Source: Candidatus Micrarchaeota archaeon (GTDB lineage Archaea > Micrarchaeota > Micrarchaeia > Anstonellales > Bilamarchaeaceae). From it: a stretch of DNA of 64,000 nt. A program made the position numbers and the translations under genes. Positions within the stretch are counted from its first letter, which is position 1; every line of letters begins with the position of its first letter. Shown one piece after another: positions 37,376-46,377 of the stretch. The notes beneath the pieces are model-generated. The model was not told the origin of the DNA, did not search any database, and saw only the letters and a list, made by a program, of their open reading frames with translations. The stretch is from positions 1 through 64,000 of the forward strand of contig JBDRLQ010000016.1 in NCBI GenBank assembly GCA_043812915.1, in the 5' to 3' direction.

Positions 37376-37547
37376 ATTATTTCACCTATATTTCCTCTGA
37401 GATTAAGTTCTCAGATGAAATAGTTGTGTTGGTCTATGTTTAAAAATATATGTTTGTGCCAGTTCCTGTCATGTTCTGGTCAGGGAATCCGGGGGATTTA
37501 ATCATTTTCCTTAATTCTCATAAATCTTTTTATTCTATCTCATATTT

Positions 37548-37865
37548 ATGGTCTCTAGAAGGAATTTGGATCGGAGCCTTGCCAGCGAGGAGGTTGATCT
37601 CTTATTCTATCTCATAATTGAAAAAGGGGGGAAGCGCATGCTCAAGCCCCTGAAAATCGATAGCAAGGTTCCATTGAAGCTTATCCGTGCAATTGCGGAT
37701 GATGCCATAGTACCCAGTTTCTACGACACACTCGCCAGGAATCTGCGCGAGCGCGGCGTTGCCTCGGGTTCCCGGGTCCAACTGCGCGCCAAATTCAGCC
37801 CCAACCATGAGATGGTTGATCCATCTCTCAAAGGCACCCGGATACTCTGCGAAGTGGATGTCTAA
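37548..37865 (+). CDS. Hypothetical protein
   Basis: 105-aa ORF filling the gap, no recognised motif. Confidence 0.5.
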   Translation: MVSRRNLDRSLASEEVDLLFYLIIEKGGKRMLKPLKIDSKVPLKLIRAIADDAIVPSFYDTLARNLRERGVASGSRVQLRAKFSPNHEMVDPSLKGTRILCEVDV

Positions 37866-37894
37866 ATTCCCACTTTAAAAGAAAAAGGAAAAAA

Positions 37895-38443
37895 TCAGGG
37901 ATTGCAGCAGTTGCATCCCTCTTCAAAGCACATGCATTCCGGTTCGTAATATCCTCTGGCATGCTTGCATGAGGGGCACTCTTCTGGCGGCTCGGTCCCC
38001 TCATGGATGTAGCCGCATTTGCTGCATTTCCATCTTATCGGCTTCTCCCTCTTGAAAACGGCTTCATCCTCCACCATCTTCAGGAGCCTTCTGTATCTGG
38101 CTTCGTGGTGCTTCTCAACTTTTGCAATCTGTATGAAGAGCTTTGCAGCCTCGGCATTCCCTTCCTCAAGGGCCTGCTTTGCGAATGAAGGGTACATATC
38201 AGTAGTCTCATAGTGCTCCCCTTCGATTGCCGCTTTCAGGTTCTCTTCGGTATCCCCGATTCCGTTCAAAAGCTTGAATTCGTCCTTGGCGTGCTGAACC
38301 TCGTTCTCAGCGGTTTCCTCAAAGATTTTGGCGATGTAGTGTAAGCCCTGCGCCCTTGCGACTTTCGCAAAATACATATACTTGTTCCTCGCCTGGCTCT
38401 CTCCTGCAAATGCGGTCTTCAGGTTCTCTTCTGTCTTTGTCAT
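37895..38443 (-). CDS. rbr: Rubrerythrin with extra Cys-rich tail
   Basis: [47 protein letters not shown]. Confidence 0.93.
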   Translation of the reverse strand: MTKTEENLKTAFAGESQARNKYMYFAKVARAQGLHYIAKIFEETAENEVQHAKDEFKLLNGIGDTEENLKAAIEGEHYETTDMYPSFAKQALEEGNAEAAKLFIQIAKVEKHHEARYRRLLKMVEDEAVFKREKPIRWKCSKCGYIHEGTEPPEECPSCKHARGYYEPECMCFEEGCNCCNP

Positions 38444-38535
38444 CAATTCACCTTGGTATTATTGGTAATGTGTAAAGTTGAAAAATCCATTCATTAACCT
38501 GACCAAATAATCGAAGAAAAAGTATGGTAAAATTC

Positions 38536-38663
38536 TCTGCAGGGTTTTCAAGGCCGAAACCAAAAGTCTATGGCTCTGCACCTAGCTGATAACCCGGCCC
38601 GTACGTACTGCCATTTCCTTACGGACAAGTCACTAAGTTCAGCGGCTTCCACAACCCTGCAGA
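38536..38663 (-). ncRNA. Candidate structured ncRNA (~128 nt)
   Basis: Perfect 11-bp terminal stem, UCC-GUAA-GGA hairpin, upstream BRE/TATA at correct distance, downstream U-tract. Confidence 0.65.
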
Positions 38664-38734
38664 AGGTTAGGGGTATTTCATTAACATTTATATTTCTTTC
38701 TGCACTGTTCCAGATTCTTTTACATATTATGTAA

Positions 38735-39115
38735 CTATAATATCGAAATCTGGACAGACTTCACCTTTTTCTCCCTCTTCAAATGAGAAAACAACTCCCT
38801 AATCTGCTCGGCTTTCCCGCAGGTAATCAGTATCTTCAGGCACCTGCTGGCATGATGCTGGTGGATCTCGGTAACCACTATCTCCTCGAAGTCCTTCACA
38901 AGGCTGTTCATCTCCCCTTTTCCGTGCTCTTCCATGGTTATTGTGAAGACCGCGTCCACATGCCCCTTGATCGACTCCAGGGCCCGGTATTCATTGAGGA
39001 GGGAATCAATCGTCGCCCGGATAAGCTTTGACCTGCTCCGGAATCCAAGCTTCCCCTGCGTCTTGTTCAGTTCCGCAAGATTTTTTTTGTCGAGTGAAAT
39101 ACTGACAATCTCCAT
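38735..39115 (-). CDS. NikR-like (RHH plus ACT) metalloregulator
   Basis: IVSISLD...GFRSRSKLIR RHH; EIHQHHASRCL metal site. Confidence 0.85.
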   Translation of the reverse strand: MEIVSISLDKKNLAELNKTQGKLGFRSRSKLIRATIDSLLNEYRALESIKGHVDAVFTITMEEHGKGEMNSLVKDFEEIVVTEIHQHHASRCLKILITCGKAEQIRELFSHLKREKKVKSVQISIL

Positions 39116-39157
39116 TTTTCCACGTCTTTTATTAATTTTTTTAGTACATTGAGTCCT

Positions 39158-39170
39158 AAGTTAATAACTT
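39158..39170. promoter_or_regulatory. Palindrome between the NikR-like regulator and ZIP gene
   Basis: AAGTTA-A-TAACTT. Confidence 0.4.
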
Positions 39171-39211
39171 TCTTCAATATATTTATTAACCTATGCTGGA
39201 CAGAAACAATC

Positions 39212-39937
39212 ATGGCAGGTGAATTTCTCTGGATAATGGGGGCTGCGGCGCTTGACGCGCTGCTGGGTTTTGTGGGCGTGTTCTCTCTTTGGCTCAGCAA
39301 GCAGGACCTTAGAAAAATTGTTGACATCCTAACGGCGCTAGCCGCCGGCAGCCTGCTAGGCGGCGCGTTCTTCCACCTGCTCCCGGAATCGCTTGAGGAA
39401 ATCAAAACAATAGATGTTTTTCTTCTAGCCCTCGCTGGATTCGTGCTTTTCATATTCCTGGAATCCTACCTTCACTGGCACCACTGCAAGGAGTGTGGAA
39501 TCCACCCTTTCTCCTATGTCATGATTGTGGGTGATGCGGTCCATAATTTCATAGGGGGAATCCTTCTTGCAGCCAGTTTCCTAGTTAGCATTCCGCTTGG
39601 CATTGCCACTTTTATTGCAATCATCGCCCACGAGCTGCCGCAGCAGCTTGGCATCTTCGGGGTGCTCGTCAAGGGCGGTCTCCATCGGGACAAGGCAATA
39701 TTCTACAGCTTCCTTGCACAGTCGACAATCATTCTCGGGGGGCTGGTAGGATATTTCCTTGCCGGCGCCATTGGTGGAATAGTCCCCATGCTCGTTCCGA
39801 TTGCCGCGGGCAACTTCATCTACATCGCTTCTTCGGACCTCATTCCCGAGATGCACAAGGCTGAAGGCTGGGACAAAATAAGGAACCTGATATTCTTCTT
39901 CGTGGGCCTTGCCCTGATGTGGTTTATCAGGGGCTAG
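39212..39937 (+). CDS. ZIP family metal transporter
   Basis: AAGSLLGGAFFHLLPES, HWHHC, GDAVHNF, AHELPQ, YIASSDLIPEMH. Confidence 0.93.
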   Translation: MAGEFLWIMGAAALDALLGFVGVFSLWLSKQDLRKIVDILTALAAGSLLGGAFFHLLPESLEEIKTIDVFLLALAGFVLFIFLESYLHWHHCKECGIHPFSYVMIVGDAVHNFIGGILLAASFLVSIPLGIATFIAIIAHELPQQLGIFGVLVKGGLHRDKAIFYSFLAQSTIILGGLVGYFLAGAIGGIVPMLVPIAAGNFIYIASSDLIPEMHKAEGWDKIRNLIFFFVGLALMWFIRG

Positions 39938-40884
39938 AAAACGAGGTTGAAGAGATATCCTATCAGGATTATCCCGAGCGCAATCATTCCGAAGAAAAGG
40001 GCCAAGAGCGGAAGTTTCATCGCCCTCCTTAGGATTATGGCTTCCGGAAGGCTAAGCGCCGCTGTCGCCATCATGAATGAGAGCGCGGTTCCAAGCGGCG
40101 CTCCTTTCTGGAACAGGACGACCGCGATTGGGACTACCGCGCTGCAGTTTGCGTATATCGGAATTCCAATAAGCACTGCCAGCGGAACCGATAATATGTC
40201 CCCTGCGCCGAAAGCGGAGCTGATGAGCTCTTCCGGAACGAAGCCGTGGATTGCAGCTCCAATCCCGACACCGACAAGCACCCAGAGCCAGAGCTTGAGG
40301 AGGATGGTTTTCGCCTCATTGAATCCGAAAGCCAGGCGCTTTCCAAAGGTCTGGAATTTCAGCTCTTTAAGTGTCCTGCCGGTAATGTCTTTTATGAGAT
40401 ATCTTTCCATGCCCGCCTTCCCAAGCAGTATCCCTCCGATGGTGCCGAGCAGGATTCCGATGACTATATAGCTTGCGGCAATCTCCCAGCCGAAGAATCC
40501 GAGCATAAGGACGGCGACATACTCATTGACCAGTGGGGATGTCACAAGGAATGAGAGCGAGGTCCCGAGTGGGACGCCCGCTTCAAGGAAGCCTATGAAT
40601 ATCGGTATTGATGAGCATGAGCAGAATGGGGTGGCAGCTCCGAATAATGATGCCATAAGATTCGGCACCCCGAACGTCTTATGGGTGAGTAGTTTCTTGA
40701 TTTTGGCCGGGGGCACATATGTCCTGATTACTCCCATTATGAATATCATGGCAAAGAGCAGAACCAGTATCTTTATGCTGTCATATATAAAGAAATGCAG
40801 CGCTTCTGCTGCAGCGCTTCCGGATTCAAGGCCCAGCAGCCTCTGGACAATCCAGCCTGCAAACAATTCAAGTGGATCGCTCAT
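39934..40884 (-). CDS. Permease (ArsP/DUF318 family)
   Basis: FFIYDSIKI, TPFCSCSSIPIF, SPLVNE, GAAIHGFVP, ALSLPE. Confidence 0.9.
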   Translation of the reverse strand: MSDPLELFAGWIVQRLLGLESGSAAAEALHFFIYDSIKILVLLFAMIFIMGVIRTYVPPAKIKKLLTHKTFGVPNLMASLFGAATPFCSCSSIPIFIGFLEAGVPLGTSLSFLVTSPLVNEYVAVLMLGFFGWEIAASYIVIGILLGTIGGILLGKAGMERYLIKDITGRTLKELKFQTFGKRLAFGFNEAKTILLKLWLWVLVGVGIGAAIHGFVPEELISSAFGAGDILSVPLAVLIGIPIYANCSAVVPIAVVLFQKGAPLGTALSFMMATAALSLPEAIILRRAMKLPLLALFFGMIALGIILIGYLFNLVF

Positions 40885-40991
40885 TTGCTCTTCTCCTTGC
40901 AGCAACAGCATTTCTTGGATTCCTTCTCAAGCTTGCCATCCAGCTTCCTGAGGAGCTTTCCTAGGAAGCCCTCTTTTTTTTCTTCTGCCAT
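40881..40991 (-). CDS. 36-aa peptide with CCCC motif, coupled to the permease; not in ORF track
   Basis: MAEEKKEGFLGKLLRKLDGKLEKESKKCCCCKEKSK*; ATGA overlap with the permease start. Confidence 0.75.
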   Translation of the reverse strand: MAEEKKEGFLGKLLRKLDGKLEKESKKCCCCKEKSK

Positions 40992-41035
40992 GTGATTGCT
41001 GGGCATTGTGGGCTAAAAAAGATATCTATTTAAAC

Positions 41036-41057
41036 ATTATGAATATATATTCATAAT
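41036..41057. promoter_or_regulatory. Perfect 22-bp palindromic operator candidate
   Basis: ATTATGAATATATATTCATAAT ending immediately before ATG 41058. Confidence 0.75.
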
Positions 41058-41360
41058 ATGGTCAGGCCCAAAAAGTGCAGGATGGTTGATGCCGAGCCGG
41101 ATGCGGACTATTTCAAGCCGCGCGGGGTTATGCTCCATGAACTTGAGGAAGTGGAGCTTAGTGTTGAAGAGCTCGAGGCTATCCGGCTCAAGGACTACAA
41201 GAGGCTTGACCAGATGAAGGTCGCAAAAAAGATGGGAATCTCACAGCCTTCCCTCCATCGATTGCTCTCTTCCGCTAGACATAAAGTCGCAGAGGCCCTG
41301 GTTGATGGAAAGGCAATCAAGATTCATGGAGGCAGCTATTCGGTAAGAAGAACAAGGTGA
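41058..41360 (+). CDS. DUF134 family HTH protein
   Basis: MVRPKKCRMV..P...YFKPRG, EELEAIRLKD, MGISQPSL.R.L.SAR.KVAEALVDGKAIKI.GG. Confidence 0.92.
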   Translation: MVRPKKCRMVDAEPDADYFKPRGVMLHELEEVELSVEELEAIRLKDYKRLDQMKVAKKMGISQPSLHRLLSSARHKVAEALVDGKAIKIHGGSYSVRRTR

Positions 41361-41365
41361 ACTGT

Positions 41366-41596
41366 ATGCCAAGAGGAGATGGAACCGGCCCCTGGTGGGC
41401 CCAAGGAAGATGGAATTGCAGGAAAGGAATGGGAAAAGGCATGGGAGCCGGAAGAGGGATGGGGAAGGGATTTGCCCAGATGGAAGGTGAATACGAACTC
41501 AATGGCCTTAAGTGCTATGCCAAGAACCTGAAATCCGAACTTGATCAGGCGCTTAAGAGAATCGCTTCAATGGAAAAGAACATTACGAAAAAGTAA
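41366..41596 (+). CDS. DUF5320 family protein
   Basis: MPRGDGTGP, Gly/Met-rich stretch, C-terminal coiled coil. Confidence 0.8.
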   Translation: MPRGDGTGPWWAQGRWNCRKGMGKGMGAGRGMGKGFAQMEGEYELNGLKCYAKNLKSELDQALKRIASMEKNITKK

Positions 41597-41655
41597 CTGC
41601 AAGGTTTAAATATTTCTTTTATGGAATGATTATCCTGCCTTCCATAGATGATATT

Positions 41656-42750
41656 ATGAAATTCGGAATTTCTGCCGTTGTCATACTGATGCTGCTCTCA
41701 ACCTCATTTGCGGCGCTGGACCTGACCGTCTATTACGGGATTGGGTGCTCGCACTGCGCAAAGGTGGACACACTCCTGGAAGGGCTCCAGGAAGAATACC
41801 AGCTTAATATAGAGAAGAAGGAAATCTACTATGATGCGGGAAACCGGCAGGACATGTTCGATGTCTATGCGGACTTCGGCATGGATCCTGGAAAGAGCGG
41901 GGTCCCGTCACTTGTGTTGGATGGCAGGTCCCTTCTCATCGGCGAAATGAGCCAGGGCAGGTTCAGGGAAATATTCGATGAGCATCTGGAAAATTCGAGC
42001 GTCGCAGGAGTTTACACTGCGGATTCGTTCAGCCCGGTGGAGGAAAGAGATCCGACAGCGAACCTTACCCTCTGGATTCTCATTACTGCGGCTGCGGTGG
42101 ATTCGGTAAATCCGTGCACCATCGCGGTGATGACAATGCTCCTTGGGGTAATTATGGCATCAGGAGGCAAGCGAAAAGTGCTTCCCGCGGCAATCACATT
42201 CATAGGAATAATCTTCATCTCATACTTCTTGATGGGCCTTGGCATCCTGCAGGCGGTCGCGGATACTGGACTTGTGAATCTTTTCCTTGGATTCGTGACT
42301 GTTATGGCCCTAGTGCTGGCAATCCTTGAAATCAAGGCATATCTCCAGTACACTCCAGGCATGCTTTCGGTTGAAATCCCTATGTTTGTCCGGCCGTTCA
42401 TGAAGAAGGCGATTGCGAATGCGACATCGCTTCCGGCAGTGGCGCTCGCGGCGCTAATCTGCTCGTTGGTGCTTCTTCCCTGCTCATCCGGTCCATACCT
42501 AATGGTCCTTAGCATGCTGGCAAAGTCCGTCACGCTCCAGGGCCTCTTCTACCTTATAATCTACAATTTAGTATTCATCTTCCCGATGCTGGCAATCGCC
42601 GCGATGGTTTACTTCGGAAAGATATCGGTTGACGAGATTGGCCAGTTCAGGGAGCAGAATATCCAGAAGCTCCATCTGATTGCGGGCCTAATCTTCATCC
42701 TGCTCTTTCTTATGCTGCTCAACCAGATGCTGGGCATCGTGGCGCTATAA
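41656..42750 (+). CDS. Glutaredoxin-like domain fused to CcdA/DsbD-type transmembrane domain
   Basis: Signal peptide, GCSHC, GVP; DSVNPC and LPCSSGPY in the TM region. Confidence 0.85.
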   Translation: MKFGISAVVILMLLSTSFAALDLTVYYGIGCSHCAKVDTLLEGLQEEYQLNIEKKEIYYDAGNRQDMFDVYADFGMDPGKSGVPSLVLDGRSLLIGEMSQGRFREIFDEHLENSSVAGVYTADSFSPVEERDPTANLTLWILITAAAVDSVNPCTIAVMTMLLGVIMASGGKRKVLPAAITFIGIIFISYFLMGLGILQAVADTGLVNLFLGFVTVMALVLAILEIKAYLQYTPGMLSVEIPMFVRPFMKKAIANATSLPAVALAALICSLVLLPCSSGPYLMVLSMLAKSVTLQGLFYLIIYNLVFIFPMLAIAAMVYFGKISVDEIGQFREQNIQKLHLIAGLIFILLFLMLLNQMLGIVAL

Positions 42751-42828
42751 ATTGGGGAAAATTAGGGGGGCCCAAAGGCCCCCGTATTGATGGCGACTAA
42801 GAAAAAGACCAAAAGAGTGGGGTTAGTA

Positions 42829-43080
42829 TTATACATTCTCAAGCCCGGCAAGCGGGCTTTCAGTGCTCAGCTGCTCAATCTTCTTCTGCTGCTCTATCAC
42901 CATCCCAAGCAGCATCGATTCGAAGAGCGTGAGGTCTCCGGCTAGGGCGCATGCCCCTACATGTTCCCTTGCACAGGTGACTAACCTGTCAAACACCTGG
43001 CGGTTTCCATCTGTCAGCCCGTCCCTGTACCGTAAAAGGGAACCAGCCTTTTCCTCCGCAACAGCAACCATGTTTTTCAT
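42829..43080 (-). CDS. Small hypothetical helical protein
   Basis: YRDGL...RQVFDRL...A..H..A...LFESMLL..VIEQ; start uncertain. Confidence 0.5.
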   Translation of the reverse strand: MKNMVAVAEEKAGSLLRYRDGLTDGNRQVFDRLVTCAREHVGACALAGDLTLFESMLLGMVIEQQKKIEQLSTESPLAGLENV

Positions 43081-43247
43081 ACACAACACCTCGTGATTAT
43101 AATGAAGCCCAAGAAGGGCCCCCATTCCAAACGTCCGGGGGTTGTCCCCCGATTATCAGGAAACTTAATGCTGCGAAGGTAGTTTATAAAGAAAAACCAG
43201 GACACCTCATTTCCGCGGCAATATGCAGAGGCGTTAGAGGTGCCTGC

Positions 43248-44621
43248 CTACTGCTTTTTCGAGCCATTGCCATTCTTTTTTTTACCATTCTGCTGCTTTT
43301 CCTGCTTCTGGACTGGCTTGCCACCATTCTTCTTCTCCTCAATTATCTCCCTGCCCTCATTCGCAACCTCCTCTCCGAAGAAGAGCTCAGCTGCAACCCC
43401 GAGCTTGGGAACCATCCCCGCGCGAATCCTTGGCCAGAGCGGCCTGTCACCGCCAAAGAAGAATATCCCGCCGGTTGCGACAACGTTGGAAAGCACAATC
43501 ACCCCGAACACGATGGGTTGGAAATAAGGGATCTCAATCCCATATAACGGGGGAAGGGTTGCAAGCACTGCCGCGGCAAGACCGCGGGGCACCATGTAAG
43601 TCACGATGTTCCGGTCCTTCTCCGGGCCGTTCTTGAAAGCGAGCTTTTCCCCAACCACCCTGGAAATCAGAATCAGGATTGTTAGCGCGATTGCGACAGC
43701 AACTACATAAAAGGTGAAATAGCTAGGGGAGAGAAGGAGGCCGATATAAACAAAGAAGAATGTCCGGACGAAGAATGTCACCTCCTCCTGGAAAATCCTC
43801 ACGATTGGGGAAACCAGGCTGTCGGTGCTCCATTTGAATCTCCTTGCAATCACACGCGCGTTGCCAAGCACAAGCCCGAACGCGAAGACCGCGAATCCCC
43901 CATTGGCTTTCATCCCCTCGGTCAGCGCATAAACTACAAAGACCATCCCAAGCGTGAGCATATATGCATACTGCTCTATCCCCAGCTTGTTGCTGAGCAC
44001 AATCCATATCACAGCGGATATTATGCCCACGAAAGTAGCAATCAGGAAAGAACCTAGGAGCAGGTTGCCTATGTCACCTGCGCCGATGCTTGAGGTGATA
44101 ATAATCTCAATCACAACCATCGCGCCGATAATGCACAGAGCATCTGTAATGGATGCCTCCACAGTCAGCATCGCCTTGGTCTCATCGGATACGCCCGCCT
44201 TGTCAATCATCGCGATGACAATGGCGGAACTGATTCCACCAAGGACCGTTCCAAGCAGCAATCCGTGCAGCAGCGGCCATCCCAAGGCAAAGACAGCAAA
44301 TCCTGCCAGCAGCAATGTGCTGGCCATGAACGTTACGAATGTGAATACCGTGCTCCTTGGAAGCGCTTTCACCACGCTGAAGATGTCCAGCATCATCCCG
44401 CCGTCAAAAAGCAGGATAATCAGGGCAAGCGTGGCGATGAACTGGGATATTGAGATGATGATTGAATCCTCAGATGCGTCGATGAAGCCAGTCATCGGGC
44501 CAAGGACGAACCCGAAAAGCATCAGGATGAGCACCTGCGATATGCGCGTGCGCTCGAAAAGAATGGTTGCCGCGAACCCCATGAACAGGGTAAGCCCTAT
44601 GACAAGGAAGAACTCAATCAT
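43248..44621 (-). CDS. Cation/proton antiporter (CPA1, NhaP-like)
   Basis: LIILLFDGG, EASITD, FFVRTFFFVYIG, MVPRGLAAAVLA. Confidence 0.92.
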   Translation of the reverse strand: MIEFFLVIGLTLFMGFAATILFERTRISQVLILMLFGFVLGPMTGFIDASEDSIIISISQFIATLALIILLFDGGMMLDIFSVVKALPRSTVFTFVTFMASTLLLAGFAVFALGWPLLHGLLLGTVLGGISSAIVIAMIDKAGVSDETKAMLTVEASITDALCIIGAMVVIEIIITSSIGAGDIGNLLLGSFLIATFVGIISAVIWIVLSNKLGIEQYAYMLTLGMVFVVYALTEGMKANGGFAVFAFGLVLGNARVIARRFKWSTDSLVSPIVRIFQEEVTFFVRTFFFVYIGLLLSPSYFTFYVVAVAIALTILILISRVVGEKLAFKNGPEKDRNIVTYMVPRGLAAAVLATLPPLYGIEIPYFQPIVFGVIVLSNVVATGGIFFFGGDRPLWPRIRAGMVPKLGVAAELFFGEEVANEGREIIEEKKNGGKPVQKQEKQQNGKKKNGNGSKKQ

Positions 44622-44693
44622 GGTATGTTGAGGGAAGAGAGGATTTTAAACCTAACCTTGTTGATATCTATACTGAAATATAGGTGTATCCTC

Positions 44694-45386
44694 ATGAAAA
44701 GAAGCAGGAAAAAAACACCCAAGGTGAGCAAGAAAATCACCAAACGGAAGCGCTCCTCAAGGAAGGGAGAGCTTGAATTGGGGGAAGTGTTCGTGGTCCT
44801 TCTTATGCTTGTCGGAGTTCTGGCAGGCTCAATGTATCTGGGAAACCAGCAGCTCCACTCAATCCAGGAGGATGACCGGACAATCGGCGACCTTCTTGAG
44901 GGCGGACTTATTGAAATCGGGGACTCGTTCCTTGATGAGGTCGTATCAGGAAATTATGATGTCACTGCCTACCGATGGATGATTGGCAAGAAGGATGATG
45001 TCCCCGATGAGGTTCCGCTCGGAAGCGAGGGCAGGATGACTGCCGATATCCTTTTCAATGGAGGGTATATTGATAGCGTCCGCGGACTTGCGTTCAAGAT
45101 ATACGCGCCGACAGACGATTCTCCAGACCCGAAGACAAGAATCAGGTTCTACGGGGTGTTCTTGAACTACACCACGCCTATGGATCAGTGGCTTGAGGAT
45201 GACACTGAATTCACCGTGGACTACTTCCCGTACCCGATGGACCGGAGGTTCATGGAGGGTTGCCACGTGCAGTCTTCGGGGATGTACAGGACCGCTGATG
45301 ACACTGTTTTCAAGACATACTTTTTCGAATGCAGCGTGGTATGGCAGGGAAGCCGGCCTTCCACAATCAATGCCTTTGAGGATTAG
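44694..45386 (+). CDS. Membrane-anchored hypothetical protein, paralog of the next gene's C-terminal domain
   Basis: Basic N-terminus, one TM, domain RTIGDLLEGGL...AYRW...DILF. Confidence 0.7.
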   Translation: MKRSRKKTPKVSKKITKRKRSSRKGELELGEVFVVLLMLVGVLAGSMYLGNQQLHSIQEDDRTIGDLLEGGLIEIGDSFLDEVVSGNYDVTAYRWMIGKKDDVPDEVPLGSEGRMTADILFNGGYIDSVRGLAFKIYAPTDDSPDPKTRIRFYGVFLNYTTPMDQWLEDDTEFTVDYFPYPMDRRFMEGCHVQSSGMYRTADDTVFKTYFFECSVVWQGSRPSTINAFED

Positions 45387-45394
45387 GTGTAACT

Positions 45395-46336
45395 ATGAAG
45401 AAATTGCTTATTGCGGTGGGGCTAATGACCCTGCTGCTTTTTGGATGCGTGCAGGAGCAGCCTCCTGTGGATGGGCCCGGACCAACGATGACCTGTGACG
45501 AGCACTGCAAGCAGCAGCCTCACGCACAGTGCGTCGGGACCTGGGACAACTCAGGGGATTACCCTGTCTGTATCTGCAATTATATATGCGAACAGGAAGA
45601 GCCTGAGCCGCCGGCCCAGCTACCAAATCCTGCCGCTGTGAACTGCGATGACAAGGGCTACTCCTATGAAATCCGCGATGAGACTGGATACTGCAGCCAT
45701 GGAACCAAGGAATGCGAGGAATGGGCGCTATACAGGATGGAATGCTGCCTTGCAGACGCTGACTGCTCTGGAATGGAATGTGGCGGCCGTGTAGGGGCAT
45801 CATGCGTGAAGAACTCGTGCGCATGCCCCGATACTGTGGACCTGATTCCTCCGGTAGCTACTGGCAAGACAATCAGGCAGCTTCTCGATGACTCTCTGGC
45901 CGATATAAACGACGAGTTCTATGCTGAGATAGAATCCGGCACGTTCAATACAACCAGCTACAAGTGGCTGCACACTGCGGAGGATGAGCCCGGCTCCATA
46001 ACGATTGGTGATGCTGGTGTCCAGGGAGACATCCTCTTTAGCAACCAGGAGATGGAGGGTGTTGTGGCATTTGGCATGAAGTCCTTTGTCCAGACCGACG
46101 GGGTGCACAAGGAAGCGCGGGGCATCGCCATATTCGACGGCGGGGCGCCTCTGCTCTCGGCGGCATACAGCGACGGTGGCTCATTCAGCATCTCTTATCG
46201 GGCACCGACGCCGGACCTTCGTTTCAGCGACTGCACCGTGACCGAGCTGGAAAGATTCACCCAGCTTGAGCATGACAACCGCGTCCTTGACCTGTTCCAC
46301 TTCACATGCGATGATGTGGAAGTGGTTGAGGATTAG
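45395..46336 (+). CDS. Cys-rich lipoprotein (DUF333-like motif) with shared C-terminal domain
   Basis: LLFGC lipobox; LPNPAAVNC..KG...GYC...ECEEWALYRMEC. Confidence 0.75.
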   Translation: MKKLLIAVGLMTLLLFGCVQEQPPVDGPGPTMTCDEHCKQQPHAQCVGTWDNSGDYPVCICNYICEQEEPEPPAQLPNPAAVNCDDKGYSYEIRDETGYCSHGTKECEEWALYRMECCLADADCSGMECGGRVGASCVKNSCACPDTVDLIPPVATGKTIRQLLDDSLADINDEFYAEIESGTFNTTSYKWLHTAEDEPGSITIGDAGVQGDILFSNQEMEGVVAFGMKSFVQTDGVHKEARGIAIFDGGAPLLSAAYSDGGSFSISYRAPTPDLRFSDCTVTELERFTQLEHDNRVLDLFHFTCDDVEVVED

Positions 46337-46377
46337 CTTTTTTTCTTTTTCCTTCCTTTTTCTTATTTGTGATTTGG

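Noticed and set aside
37252..37443. 63-aa plus-strand ORF
   Set aside because: Shadow of the CxxC-x17-CxxC gene on the minus strand
38551..38600. Hammerhead ribozyme (GAAAC...GTC...CTGATAA on the plus strand)
   Set aside because: Core deviates from CUGAnGA and stems I and II do not pair properly
38536..38663. 5S rRNA or c-di-AMP (ydaO) riboswitch identity
   Set aside because: Size or short words (GCUGAA, UCAGCUA) fit, but the conserved motifs of both families are missing
42766..43151. GC hairpins GGGGGCC-CAAA-GGCCCCC (42766-42783) and CGGGGG-TTGT-CCCCCG (43136-43151) as ends of a mobile element
   Set aside because: No target-site duplication or transposase; simple terminator or leader hairpins suffice
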